Positions 33,528 to 44,622 of a DNA stretch of 64,000 nt are shown here, in pieces. A program made the position numbers and the translations under genes. Location: positions 96,001 to 160,000 of the IMG/VR virus record IMGVR_UViG_3300017963_000003. One strand, written 5' to 3'. Source of the DNA: a virus. A model generated the notes under the pieces. That model saw only the letters and a list, made by a program, of their open reading frames with translations. It did no database searches and was not told the origin of the DNA. Within the stretch, counting starts at the first letter, position 1; each line of letters starts with the position of its first letter.

Positions 33528-34805
33528 GGCGGGTAGAGGTACGCCCAAACCGGGCCAAAAGGGATCATCGGCCAAGGCTGGGCAATCATTGACTAATCCC
33601 CAGACAAGCCCCGCTAACCCCAGCTCAACCCTACCAGATCCATCGGGTGTGCCCTTGATTATTTGTCAAATCCATCGCCAACGATAGGGATTGTACCCCC
33701 ACCTCGGCCTACCTTGGCGAGGGATCGCGGAGGTACAAGATATATCGTCTATGTCTCGCGCGCGTGGATCGTGGGATCGCCGGGAGGGTACGGGCGGATC
33801 ATGGATCGGGGATCGCGGATTATTGGATCGCGCGATCTTTGGGGCTGCCCCCTATACCCCTGGATTATACCAATAAGGCTCACCCCTTGCTCTGTAATCC
33901 GCGCCAGGTTGAGCGGACCTGGTCGACCCTGGGGGATCGTACCCCTGGCCGGGTAATCCCTCGCGGATACCCCTGGTCGCCAGGTAGCCCACCGTACCCC
34001 CTGAGATACATCGGACCACATGGGGATTGTACCCCTGCCACCGTACCCCTGAGGTGTACCGCACCACATAGGGGGATCGCGCCTACCCTACCACACCCCA
34101 GGGATAGGGGGATCGCGCCTACCCTGGCGGCCTTAACCCCTTACCCACTCCCCCTATGGCGGCGATGGATAATCCCCACCCGTATCCTTGTCGGGATCAC
34201 CCCACCCCTACCCTGGGGATGGGGTACAATCCCACCTAACCCACCTGGCCAGCGGGGGTACAATACATCGCACCGCTACCCTTCTCAACCCCGGTAGGAT
34301 CAACCCCAGCCTACCTATGTGATTAACCATCGCCACCCTACCCTAATCCCATCGGGGGTCGCTGGGGATCACCCCCATGGTACCAATCCCGTGATCCTTC
34401 TCCGAACGTCTACCTTGGTCTATCGTGCCCCAACTGTTCAAGCCCTGCTTGGATCCCCCTTGTGGACGTCCACCCCGTACCATATAGAGAATCGAACCGC
34501 CCCAGGACACCAACCGACCCCACCCGCCCCAGCCGGGGCCTGCTCTGATAGCCCTGAGAGGGCCAGGAAGGGCCATTCTACCCCGGTTGACCCCTCAACG
34601 CATGCCCTGGGGTGGGTTGAAGGGCAACAGGGATAGAATCGCCGCACAGACCCCTTCTAGGCTTTCTGGGGTTAACCTGCCGGAATTGCAGGGGAAACGG
34701 CAAAAGCGCAGGGGGTGTCAGAAAATGCTTGACAGCCGGGGGCTGGGCCTGCTATACTATCATAGACCAGCTGGGGACCACCCGGCGCAACCCAAGGAGG
34801 GCAAC

Positions 34806-35084
34806 ATGAACGAAGGGAACGCAACAAAGGCGCGCGAGGAGATCGACCGGCTGAATGCGAAGGTCAAAAGCCTTCGCGGCAATTTCCTGGACGCCGTGAT
34901 CGACGCGCAGCGCACGCAAAGCGACCTGCGAGACGAGATCACCCGTCTGAAGCGCGAGCGCAACGAGGCGCGCGAGGAGTGCGGGAGCCTGCGCCGACAG
35001 CGCGACAAGGCACGCGATGCGCTCGACAAGTCGCGGCTGGAAAGCGCACGGTTGCGTGAGAGACTCCACGACGACGAGGAGTAA
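34806..35084 (+). CDS. Early coiled-coil protein
   Basis: ATG after GGAGGGCAAC; heptad repeats. Confidence 0.7.
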   Translation: MNEGNATKAREEIDRLNAKVKSLRGNFLDAVIDAQRTQSDLRDEITRLKRERNEAREECGSLRRQRDKARDALDKSRLESARLRERLHDDEE

Positions 35085-35094
35085 GAGGGACAAC

Positions 35095-35505
35095 ATGCAC
35101 GACAAACACATGGACGACGATTTCATGAGCACCAACCCCGCACACTGGATCGAACTGTTCAAGAAGGACATGATCGATTGTTGCGTCGAGCACAAGTGGA
35201 CGACGCTGGCACACAGCTTGTGTATGATGGGCTGTGACGACCCCTCCCACGTCGACCCGCACGATCCGGAGTTCATCGTCGAGGTCTTCGGGAGTGTCGA
35301 AGACTTCCGACGCTTCAACCGACGCGTCCACGGGATGATCAAGACCCACGCGTGTATCAAACCCCTCCGCCGGGTCGTTCTGCGCGATCTCCACACCAGC
35401 GTCGACTACATGGAAGGCAACGATTACGGGCGTATCTTCCTCAAGTCGTACGCCCGTCGTCTCCTCGATAGCTTCCTCGTCGAAAACCTCGATCCCGCTT
35501 GGTAG
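35095..35505 (+). CDS. Early hypothetical protein
   Basis: RBS GAGGG; ends with TAG before the repeat. Confidence 0.7.
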   Translation: MHDKHMDDDFMSTNPAHWIELFKKDMIDCCVEHKWTTLAHSLCMMGCDDPSHVDPHDPEFIVEVFGSVEDFRRFNRRVHGMIKTHACIKPLRRVVLRDLHTSVDYMEGNDYGRIFLKSYARRLLDSFLVENLDPAW

Positions 35506-35989
35506 AAACCCCCTCGACAATCAAGCCGTACCACCCGCACGCCACCCCTGCGCGGCCTAACCCGTCTAACCCCGCGTTAGTACATCGACAATAGAAGCAC
35601 CTCCACCCCTCATGAGGGGCTGACCCCCACCCGTCGCGCGCTCGCGCTCGAACACTCCCAGCTGGTCCCTCTAACGTCTATAGGGCCAGGGGACACCAAC
35701 CGACCCACGCGCCCCGGCTGCTCGCCTCCCTGATAGCCCTGAGAGGCCCCAGAACGGCCGAGAGTGGCCGAGAGGGGGTCGGCCTATAGCCTGGCCTACC
35801 CTGAGGCCCGACCCCGGTTAAATCGCCGCCTAGCGGCTCTCAGAGGCATTCGGAGTTAAGCCCTGGGAATTGCTAGGCTTTCAGGCAAAATGCAGGGGGT
35901 GTCACTTTTTGCTTGACCCGGCAGCCCGCCGCATGCTATACTATCATAGACCAGCTGGGGACCACCCGGCGCAACCACGGAGGGCAACA

Positions 35990-37515
35990 ATGAAGAAACA
36001 ATGTCACTGTCTGATCAGGCACGCCATCACGAAGGAAGAGCGCGAGCGCGCGACGGCGCGTCTCGAAGAGGCCAAGGCGAGCAATAACCAGACGGGTATG
36101 CTCCTCGCCCTCGCCGCGTTGACCCAAGACTGCCCCGCCCGCGACGAAGGAGACAAGTAGCCATGACGACTGTAAGCGAAAAGATCAAAGCGCTGACGGA
36201 CAAGATCAAGGACGCACTCGGACCCTACCCCCGGGCTACGACGGTCGTAGCTCGTGCGGCGGACCCACGGACACCCAACGTCGCACCCGTCGTCCCGGCG
36301 ATGATGATCGCGGTCACGTACCACCAGACCGAGGTAGTTCGGATCTCCCTCGACGACGAAGGCAACCCCATCGACGTACAGCTCGATTCGGGCGGGTGGG
36401 AATCCAACACGACGAAGAAACGGATCAACGATACCCTCGCGGCGTTGTCGATCCCCTTCCGCGTCTGCCACGACAAGAAGACGATGATCTTCTGCGGGTT
36501 CTGGGAGAAAGACGCCAACGGGAAGTATCACAATCAGTCGATCCCGTTCGTCGAGCTGATGCGAATCCGATTGTTCAAGAACGGCGCGATCCGTTCCGTC
36601 GTCAACGTCTTCGGGATGCCCATCGGGATCGTTCGCCCGAAGACCTTCCGTCGCGCCGTCGACCGCATGACCATCAAGGAGGCCAGCTGATGTCTACCCC
36701 CGTTTTCAAACTCGTCGTTCTCGATGTCAACGATACGTGGATTCGCCTCGTTGACGAGTACAGCAGCCGCGAACTCGCACTGAGGGGCGCTCGCGCACAC
36801 GTCAAGCTCGACCTTCTCCGTGAGGGATTCCGCTTCGGGTTGTTCGAGATGACGGCCGCCCTGGAGTACACCGAGATCCCCATCGACGCCGACCCCGATC
36901 CGACCCCCGCGCCCGAACCGGCTGACGACGTTTTCGGTGACAACCTGGATCGCTGGATATACCTCCACGTCGACCGCCACAAGCCCGATCCCGCGCCCGC
37001 CTCGGCGGAAATGTCCCTCGCGTCGGCCCGCGCAATCGTCGACAGCTTCGAACGCTCGGATCGCCCCTTCGCGACCTTCGACGAGCGCAAGGCTGTCAAG
37101 ATCGTCAATGACGCCATCGCGAGAGGGGAGATTTAGTATGGGGTGGCGAGAGAAACGCAAGAAAACCGAGCGAGCGCGGGCGGCGGCGCCGCACGTGATC
37201 CTACTTCCTGACGGTACCCTGGACCCCGAAAACGTCTTCAAACATGCGGACGACGCCTTTGCCTACGTCGCCCGCGAGAAGATCGAGGGTGCGCGCGTCC
37301 TGCGCGTTCTCCCCTCGCTCCGGTACCGTGTTGATATCGACGGGGTGCCGCACCTGATTATCCGCGAGCACGGATCGGGGATCGAGAAGCGTTACATCTG
37401 CGCTCGCGCAGATGATCCCGACCGTCGACCGTATGTGTCGGTCCCCGCACCGGATCGTGACAACTTCGTGGGACGTATGACCACGGGTGGTCACGTCTAC
37501 ACCTTTCGCCCCTAG
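35990..37515 (+). CDS. Cassette of four early hypothetical genes (35990-36160, 36163-36690, 36690-37136, 37138-37515)
   Basis: Coupled ORFs behind a cassette promoter. Confidence 0.65.
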
Positions 37516-37988
37516 TTAGACCCACACCCCGACAATCAAGACGTATCACCCGCACGCCACCCGTGCGAGACCCTCAACCCCTACCACCTAGCCGCACGCG
37601 TACAGACGCGCTAGACGCCTTTCTAACCGCTTTGTACGTCTACCCACGTCTTACCCCGTCCAACGTCTATAAGGGCGGTTCTCGGGCCGTCTGTCCTTCC
37701 TGGACGCCATCGCAGGCAGCGGCGGCCCGCTCTGATAGCCCTGAGAGGCCCGCTAAGGGGGTAGGAGCGGCCCGAAAGGGGTAGGGGTAGGCCCTGGCAT
37801 GCATCGGCGCTAGAGGCCGTCAGAATGGCGCACACGGCCTCTGAGGGCTAAGCAGGGTTAAGCTGCCGGAATCGCAAGGCTTTCGCACTTTCTGCCGGGG
37901 GTGTCGCTTTTTGCTTGACAGCCGGGCCGCTGGGCTGCTATACTATCAGAGACTAGGTGCATTGCGCCGCAACCCATGGAGGGCAACA

Positions 37989-38906
37989 ATGACGATAGAC
38001 GCAACCCAACTGAAGATCGCGAGAAAGTCGAAGCTCGGAGCCGAGTGGAGGCTGCTTTACGTGTTGAAGACCAACACGCGAGGCGAAAAGATGGCGCGCA
38101 TCCTCGGTTACTGGCGCGACGGTTGGACCGATAACGGAGAAGACGTCTTTTCGATCAAAGAAGACGAGAATCGCGTAGTCACCGAGATCCGCGTACGCGA
38201 TCCCCTCTCCGACGAGTCCAAAGGCGAAGTCTACAGAACCCTCCGCGTGGTCAATCCCGCCCACGTGTCCACGTACGGGGAACCGCTCGAATTCGCCCTC
38301 AACGTCGAGAAGCTCCTACGGATCTTCACCTGCCAGGACGAGGCCAACCCGATCCATCTGATCGAATCCCCCGAAGAGGCGAAAGCGCGTGTGATCCAGC
38401 GCGCCCGCGACAACGGGCACGATCCCGTCCAGTACGGGGTGGACGAAGAAGGATTCGGGGAGCTGGAAGCGTTCGAGACTCTGCTGAAGGTGGTCACGGA
38501 TTTCGAGCTGGATCGCATCGAGGATCGTGTCCAAGGGATGGCGGACGACGTCAGCTCCCGCGTCAACGAGATCATGCGCGTGCAGGACGCAACCCCCGAC
38601 GACGAGAAATACGGACCTTCCGCGATCTTCGACGTCTACACCGGCAACGCCGCTTCGCGTCTGCTGCGCCACGTCAAGAGTTTCTCCCGTGCCGTCTACA
38701 ACGAGAAGAGGGATCGCGCCAGTCGCGCCGTCCACGAGATCGACGGAGTCCTCGGGGGCATGGCGTGCTACCCGGTCGTATTCTTCGGATTCCTACACAA
38801 ACTGTGCATGGACGACCGCGATACTTTCTTGACCCTTCAAGCGCACGTCAAGAGGACCATCGAAGATCTCTCCGACGACCACCCCCTTCGCAAGAAGATC
38901 TCCTAG
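37989..38906 (+). CDS. Early hypothetical protein (305 aa)
   Basis: ATG after GGAGGGCAAC. Confidence 0.7.
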   Translation: MTIDATQLKIARKSKLGAEWRLLYVLKTNTRGEKMARILGYWRDGWTDNGEDVFSIKEDENRVVTEIRVRDPLSDESKGEVYRTLRVVNPAHVSTYGEPLEFALNVEKLLRIFTCQDEANPIHLIESPEEAKARVIQRARDNGHDPVQYGVDEEGFGELEAFETLLKVVTDFELDRIEDRVQGMADDVSSRVNEIMRVQDATPDDEKYGPSAIFDVYTGNAASRLLRHVKSFSRAVYNEKRDRASRAVHEIDGVLGGMACYPVVFFGFLHKLCMDDRDTFLTLQAHVKRTIEDLSDDHPLRKKIS

Positions 38907-39364
38907 TCCGTTCTACTCCCGAACAATATAGTCGTCCCGTCCTGCGACGGGTCTATCCGTCCTTTTCGACACAAGAAGCATTGAGCCACCCCTCATGAGG
39001 GGCTGACCCCCCACCCGTCGCGCGCCTGCGCCACCCGCGCACCCGTAGAGACCTAAGCAGGCCAGGGGACACCAACCGACCCACGCGCCCCGGCTGCTCG
39101 CCTCCCTGATAGCCCTCAGAGGCGCGAGGATGCCCCAAAAACGGCCGAAAGGGGGTTGGCCTATACCCTGGGGTGGGTTGGCGCTAAGGCCGCTCAGATT
39201 GGCGCACAAGCGCTCTAGCGGGGGAGGGCAGCTAAACCCCCGTAATCGCAAGGGAACCAGCAAAAGCGCAAGGGGTGTCAGAAAATGCTTGACAGCCGGG
39301 GGCTGGGCCGTGCTATAATATCAGAGACTAGGTGCATTGCGCACCGCAACCCATGGAGGGCAAC

Positions 39365-40758
39365 ATGAAACGTACCGTAGTAGAAGCGCTCGCGTCTTCG
39401 ATCCAGGCGCGCATCAACTGTGTCGGGTCGAACAACGACGAGTGGAGGGAGAAACACGAGGAGCGTATCGAGAAGATCGCCCGCGAGTGCCTCCCGTCCG
39501 GGAGCGGTATCGACGCGGGTTGTTCGGTCATTCTCGAAGAGTCGACCGCGAACAAGATCGTCTTGAGCGTACCATTCCATCATATGAACGACGACGGTAT
39601 GTACATCGGATGGATCACGTACCGCGCGACTGCCCGTCCGTCGTTCATCGGCGGCATGACCCTCCACCTCGAAGCAATCAATCCTTTCGAGATCGCAGAC
39701 GAGGAAGATCCCGACAACGCGGACTACTTCGAATGCATGACGGAATCCACGATGGATTACCTGGCGGACGTCCTCTCCGACGTCCTCGCCACCGAGATCG
39801 ACGAGAAGGAGTAGAACCGTGAAGAGAATCGAAATCACAATGACATCCGACGATTTCTACGGGGTCAAGACCGATCACGTGCTCAATCTCGAAGACAAGA
39901 GGTTCGGGATCGGCCTGGTACCGCCCGGACGCGAGGCCCGGCAGGTCTTCGAGGGTCCGATGGTTCCGGGTCCGTGGGCATACACGTACGGACTCGGGGT
40001 GTGCATCTGCGCGGACCCCCGGCGCAACACGGGTGCGGAGTCCGCGCGCAAGAAAGACGAAGGTACCGAGCACGTTATCGAACAGGAGGGCTAAAATGGA
40101 CTACACGATTCACGAGGAAGAGTACAAAGGCTTGACGATCCGCATCGAGCACGATCCTCTCGACGCGCCTAACCCTCTCCGAGATTTCGACTGCTACTCG
40201 GATCTCGTCACGGTGGTTTGCTTCCACTCTCGATACGATCTCGGGACCGAGAATCACGGATTCCGCGATCCCGACGAGGTTTGGGAGTACATCCGCAAGA
40301 CTCGCGCCGTCGCGCTCCCCTTGTACCTGTACGAGCACTCGGGGATCTCCATGTCGTGTTCGAACGGATCGTACCCGTTCAACTGTCCCTGGGACGCCGG
40401 GATGGTCGGGATCGCATTCATCGAGCGGGATAAGCTGATGCGCCAGCGCGGCCACAAGATCGCAACCAAGAAAGACAAGGAGTGGGCACGCGATTTCATC
40501 CTCACCACGATCAGCGAGTACGATCTCTACCTTCGCGGGGAGTCGTACGGATTCGTGATTGAGGACGAAAAGGGTGAACACCTCGATTCCTGTTGGGGAT
40601 TCTTGACCGACGAACCCGACGGAGGGTATCTCCTCGAAGAGGCGCGGGAAACGGCCAATTCCCACGTCAACCAGCGACGGTCGGATCACTTCGAACGCCT
40701 GAAGACCTGGATCAAGAATAACGTTCCCCTCTGCGCCCGCGAGTGCTGCCCCGCCTAG
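39365..40758 (+). CDS. Cassette of three early genes (39365-39814 LPSGSGID-type, 39819-40094, 40096-40758 YLYEHSG-type)
   Basis: Motifs typical of widespread phage early hypothetical proteins; function unknown. Confidence 0.65.
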
Positions 40759-41973
40759 TCCGTACTCCTCCCGACAATCGAGACGTCCACCCGCGCCACC
40801 CGTGCGCGACTGACAAACCCCTACCTACTGACCACGTGCGTACGTGCGCGCCACCCGTGCGCCTGTAGAGACCGAAGCAGGCCGCCGAGGACGGCAACCC
40901 ACCCCACGCGCCCCGGCCGGGGCCTGCCCTGATAGCCCTGGAAGGACCGGGAGCGGGCCTAGAACGGCCGATAGGGGGTTGGCCTATAGCCTGGCCTACC
41001 CTGAGGCCCGACCCCGGTTAAATCGCCGCACACGGCCCCTCACGGATAAGCCCGCCCAAGCCCCCGGAATCGCTGAGCTTTCTGCCTTTTTGCAGGGGGT
41101 GTCACTTTTTGCTTGACAGCCGGGCCGCCGCCCTGCTATACTATCAGAGACTAGGCGCATTGCGCCGCAACCCATGGAGGGCAACATGGTACAGTTCGAG
41201 ACGAAGAAAGCCGACACGTTGCGCGACGGAGACGTCGTACTCTTCGACGGGATCGAGGTTCTCGTATGCGACCCGCGTATGTCGCCGCGCACGGGATTCC
41301 ACGACAAGGATCGCGTCGTATTCAACATGATCGCGATGGACCTCTCGAACGAGGATCGCGACGGGGAGCTTGTCCGCCTGGGCGCGGACTCCACGATCCC
41401 CGCTCGCCCGTTCTCCCTCGAAGAGGACGCGATCTTCCCCGAGGACATGGACGAGGAGGTAGCGGCGTGATCCGTCGGTGCGAAGAATGCGGGTACGTCG
41501 GGCGTGACTTCGACTGCTACAAGGAGGAGTTCGACGAGGGAACCGAAGTCACCATCGAGGAGCTGTTCGACCTCGCGCGATCCGCGATCCGAAAGGAGAA
41601 GAGCGGTGCTTAGCCCCACCCCCGATGTGATCCGGCGTGCAGTCGCGGAGACCAGATCCCGCCGCGAGGATCGCCCCCGCGACTGCCTCTTCGATAATCT
41701 CTCGGATTCCGAGGCGTGCGATCTCGTGTTCGATTTCCTCGCCGCGCTCGATCCGCGAGACTACAGCCTGGTCAGCTGGCACGACGGGCAGCCCCGTATC
41801 GTCGCCCCCGCGACCAACACCGCGCCCGCCGTCGAGCGCCCCGGAGTGGGGCTTTGGCTGCGCGAGGGCGGAGATCTCCCATGCCTCGTCGTGGCATGCG
41901 ACGAGCTTGGCAACTGGATCGTGCTCAACGAAGACGGGTACGTCCAACAATATCTGGGAAACGAGGTACAGTG

Positions 41974-42516
41974 ATGCGTACGATCAGCCTGGACGAAGAC
42001 CCCATGATCCGTGTTCAGATCAAGAAAGGCGACGAGATCGTCCCCTTCTCCGACGAGTTCACGGGTTGGATCGACTGCGAAGTCAACGACGTCGCGGACA
42101 TGATCCTCGACGAGATCAACGAGATGATGGAATCCGTCGGCGGCGACTCGTGGAAGATCGTCGCGTCGGATGGATTCGGCGGCTGGGAAAACCCCGACGA
42201 CGATCTCGAAGAGATCGAGAAATTCGTCGAGATCTGCCGCATGCCCGAGATCAACGGGCGCAATGACGTGGTGGGGGTCATGGCCGCTAACGGCTACTAC
42301 GTTGATCTCGATGCGGTCGAAAGCGCGATCCGGGACCGGTTCGTCGGTATCGTCAACTGTTTCCGCGACTACGCGGCGGATTTCCTCGACGACATAGGGG
42401 ATATCCCCGAGTTCATCGTGCACTACATCGACCTGGATCGGTTCGCACGGGATCTCGAATCGGACTATGAGACTTACGAGACCCCCAGCGGCGAGACCGT
42501 GATCCTCCACGCCTAG
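41974..42516 (+). CDS. ardA: ArdA-like antirestriction DNA-mimic protein
   Basis: Very acidic; IVASDGFG, FVGIVNCFRDYAADFLDD, IPEFIVHYIDLDRFARDLE match the ArdA pattern. Confidence 0.8.
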   Translation: MRTISLDEDPMIRVQIKKGDEIVPFSDEFTGWIDCEVNDVADMILDEINEMMESVGGDSWKIVASDGFGGWENPDDDLEEIEKFVEICRMPEINGRNDVVGVMAANGYYVDLDAVESAIRDRFVGIVNCFRDYAADFLDDIGDIPEFIVHYIDLDRFARDLESDYETYETPSGETVILHA

Positions 42517-42882
42517 ACAACTCCCCCGACAATCAAGACGTCCACGCCACCCGCGCACCCGTAGAGACCTAAGCAGGCCAGGGGACACCAACCGACCCAC
42601 GCGCCCCGGCTGCTCGCCCCTGATAGCCCTGAGAGGCCCCAGAACGGCCGAGAGTGGCCGAGAGGGGATTGGCCTATACCCTGGCCTACCCTGAAGCCCG
42701 ACCCCGGTTAAATCGCCGCCTAGCGGCTCTCAGAGGCATTCGGCAAAAGCCCTGCAATTCCGAGCACTTGCAGAAAATTGCCGGGGGTGTCAAAAAATGC
42801 TTGACAGCCGGGCCGCCGCCCTGCTATACTATCAGAGACTAGTCGGGAACTGCCCGGCGCAACCCACGGAGGGCAACGAGTT

Positions 42883-43152
42883 ATGGAAAAGATGAATTAC
42901 GAAATGATAGAAAGCCTCGCACGGGAGATGTCCAGGGGCAATTTCCAATCCGACGAATGGTTGCTAGAAAAGCGCTTGCAGGAGTACTACAAGGACGAAA
43001 CAGACGTCACCTGGGATGAGATCTCCGAGAGCGAGTCGCCCGTGCGGGTAGTGGTACACGGAGACGGCACGTGCTCCGCCGCCTACCTCGACCACGACGA
43101 CCCCAACGGGATCGAGATCGTGCCGTTGGGTATCCTCGATTCCGACGCCTAG
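42883..43152 (+). CDS. Acidic early hypothetical protein
   Basis: Last rightward cassette ORF. Confidence 0.65.
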   Translation: MEKMNYEMIESLAREMSRGNFQSDEWLLEKRLQEYYKDETDVTWDEISESESPVRVVVHGDGTCSAAYLDHDDPNGIEIVPLGILDSDA

Positions 43153-43484
43153 ACAACTCCCCCGACAATCAAGACGTCCACGCCACCCTCACGCCACCCG
43201 CGCACGTAGGATCTCAACCCCACCAGGCTGCACGCGTACCCGCCCCCGGACAAGTCACCTTACCTTATACCGGCGCAGCCCGCGCCGCCCGGCTCGACCC
43301 CTCGGCCGCCCTGGGCTGGGGGTGAGCCTGGTAGATAGCCCTGAGAGTCACCAGGACGCCCGTCAGCAGCCGTTGAGGCTCGACCCTATAGCCGAGCCTA
43401 CCCGGACACTCGCGCCGGTTCTCCGGCCATCCTGAGGCCTCTCGCAGGGTCCGACCGCCCATCCTGGACTCGACGTTCGTCTAT

Positions 43485-43529
43485 ATAGAAAAAGTGACCC
43501 CCGGCGCGACCGAGAACACGCCGGGGGTC
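43485..43529 (-). terminator. Intrinsic terminator of the leftward early operon
   Basis: 11-bp perfect stem GACCCCCGGCG/CGCCGGGGGTC (43496-43529) followed on the minus strand by ACTTTTTC. Confidence 0.65.
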
Positions 43530-43607
43530 GGGTGCGGGGTGACTAATCCCGCATGGAGGCAACACACGCGCAAGGAGTCAACGCGTGGAGACGTTTACGG
43601 TACGCCT

Positions 43608-44613
43608 CTAACCGGATTTCCCAGAGTCGATACCAGTCGTGTACAGGGACAGCCCGCGCTCGAATCGCTGCGCGCGTTTGTCCCTCCACCGCTCGACCTT
43701 TTCGTCCTCGTCGAGATCATCAAGGACGTGGATCTCAGAGTACGCCAACTTGATCGCATGGATCTTGTCACGTATCGACGTGATCTGAGGAGACAGCTCG
43801 CGCCGGGGATCGAGAGGGAACGACGTCTCCAGCTCGGCCCATTGACCGGGCATGATCTCGACGAAGAATCGGGTCTCGACTAAGAACTGCCGCTTCTCGG
43901 GATCGGATTCGTCTCCGTGGTATCGCAGCTTACGATACTCGTCGGGCAGATTCTCGCGCAACACGTGACGGAGCAAGCTCTTCATCTGCGCGAACGGATG
44001 ATCGTACGTCGAGGGAAACTCGACCTCGGCCGCCAGATCCTCTACACGCGTGATTGTCTTTTTCGCTCTCATCGTACGTGACCCTCCTCGTCCTCCCACC
44101 AGAGCAAGACACTGACGATCCGCTCCAGCATTGTATCTGTGATCTCTCGCTCCTGGATCGCGCTCCACGTGCGTTCCACGAGAGGCATCATGACCTCGGG
44201 CAGCGGGTGGCGATCCTCTATCACCATCTGGATCATCTGCTCCAACTGCTCCCGACACAACGGGGTACCCATTACGCGCGCCCTCCGACGAGCATACGAG
44301 CGATACGCAGCTCGCGCTCGCCCGCCTCGACCTCCAAACCGAACTCATCCGCGACGGTCAATGCGTCCTCGACGTACATCCCGATACGAAATTCCTTGCC
44401 TTCGAGGTCGAGAACGGGAACCGACGCATGGTCGCTGATCTTGACGGCTCGTGTGTGATCGATCCAGAGAACGTCGTCCTCGGTCGTGTGAGGGTATTTA
44501 CCCGACCGGTCAGCAACAGCGATCCGGGACTCGTGCGCGCCCGTGGTGGCAACGAAGAACCGATGACCATTTTTGAAGTCGAGCACCTTCTTCCACGCGT
44601 ATTCTCCACTCAT
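43608..44613 (-). CDS. Three hypothetical genes (43608-44072, 44069-44272, 44272-44613)
   Basis: Coupled ORFs downstream of the helicase. Confidence 0.6.
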
Positions 44614-44622
44614 CGTCCCCTC

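Larger units (their letters stand above)
34480..43330 (+). repeat. Rightward cassette array: six long modular intergenic repeats, each ending in promoter + RBS
   Basis: GGGGTGTCA-N9-TGAC(A/C) overlapping TTGACA/TATACT promoters near 34716, 35900, 37902, 39276, 41100, 42789. Shared blocks include GACAATCAAGACG after stops, GGGGACACCAACCGACCCACGCGCCCCGG, CTGATAGCCCTGAGAGG, and GCGCAACC..GGAGGGCAAC before ATG. Confidence 0.92.

Noticed and set aside
33130-34647. Several 60-177 aa ORFs
   Set aside because: Low-complexity overlapping frames in a repeat-rich tract, without convincing RBS.
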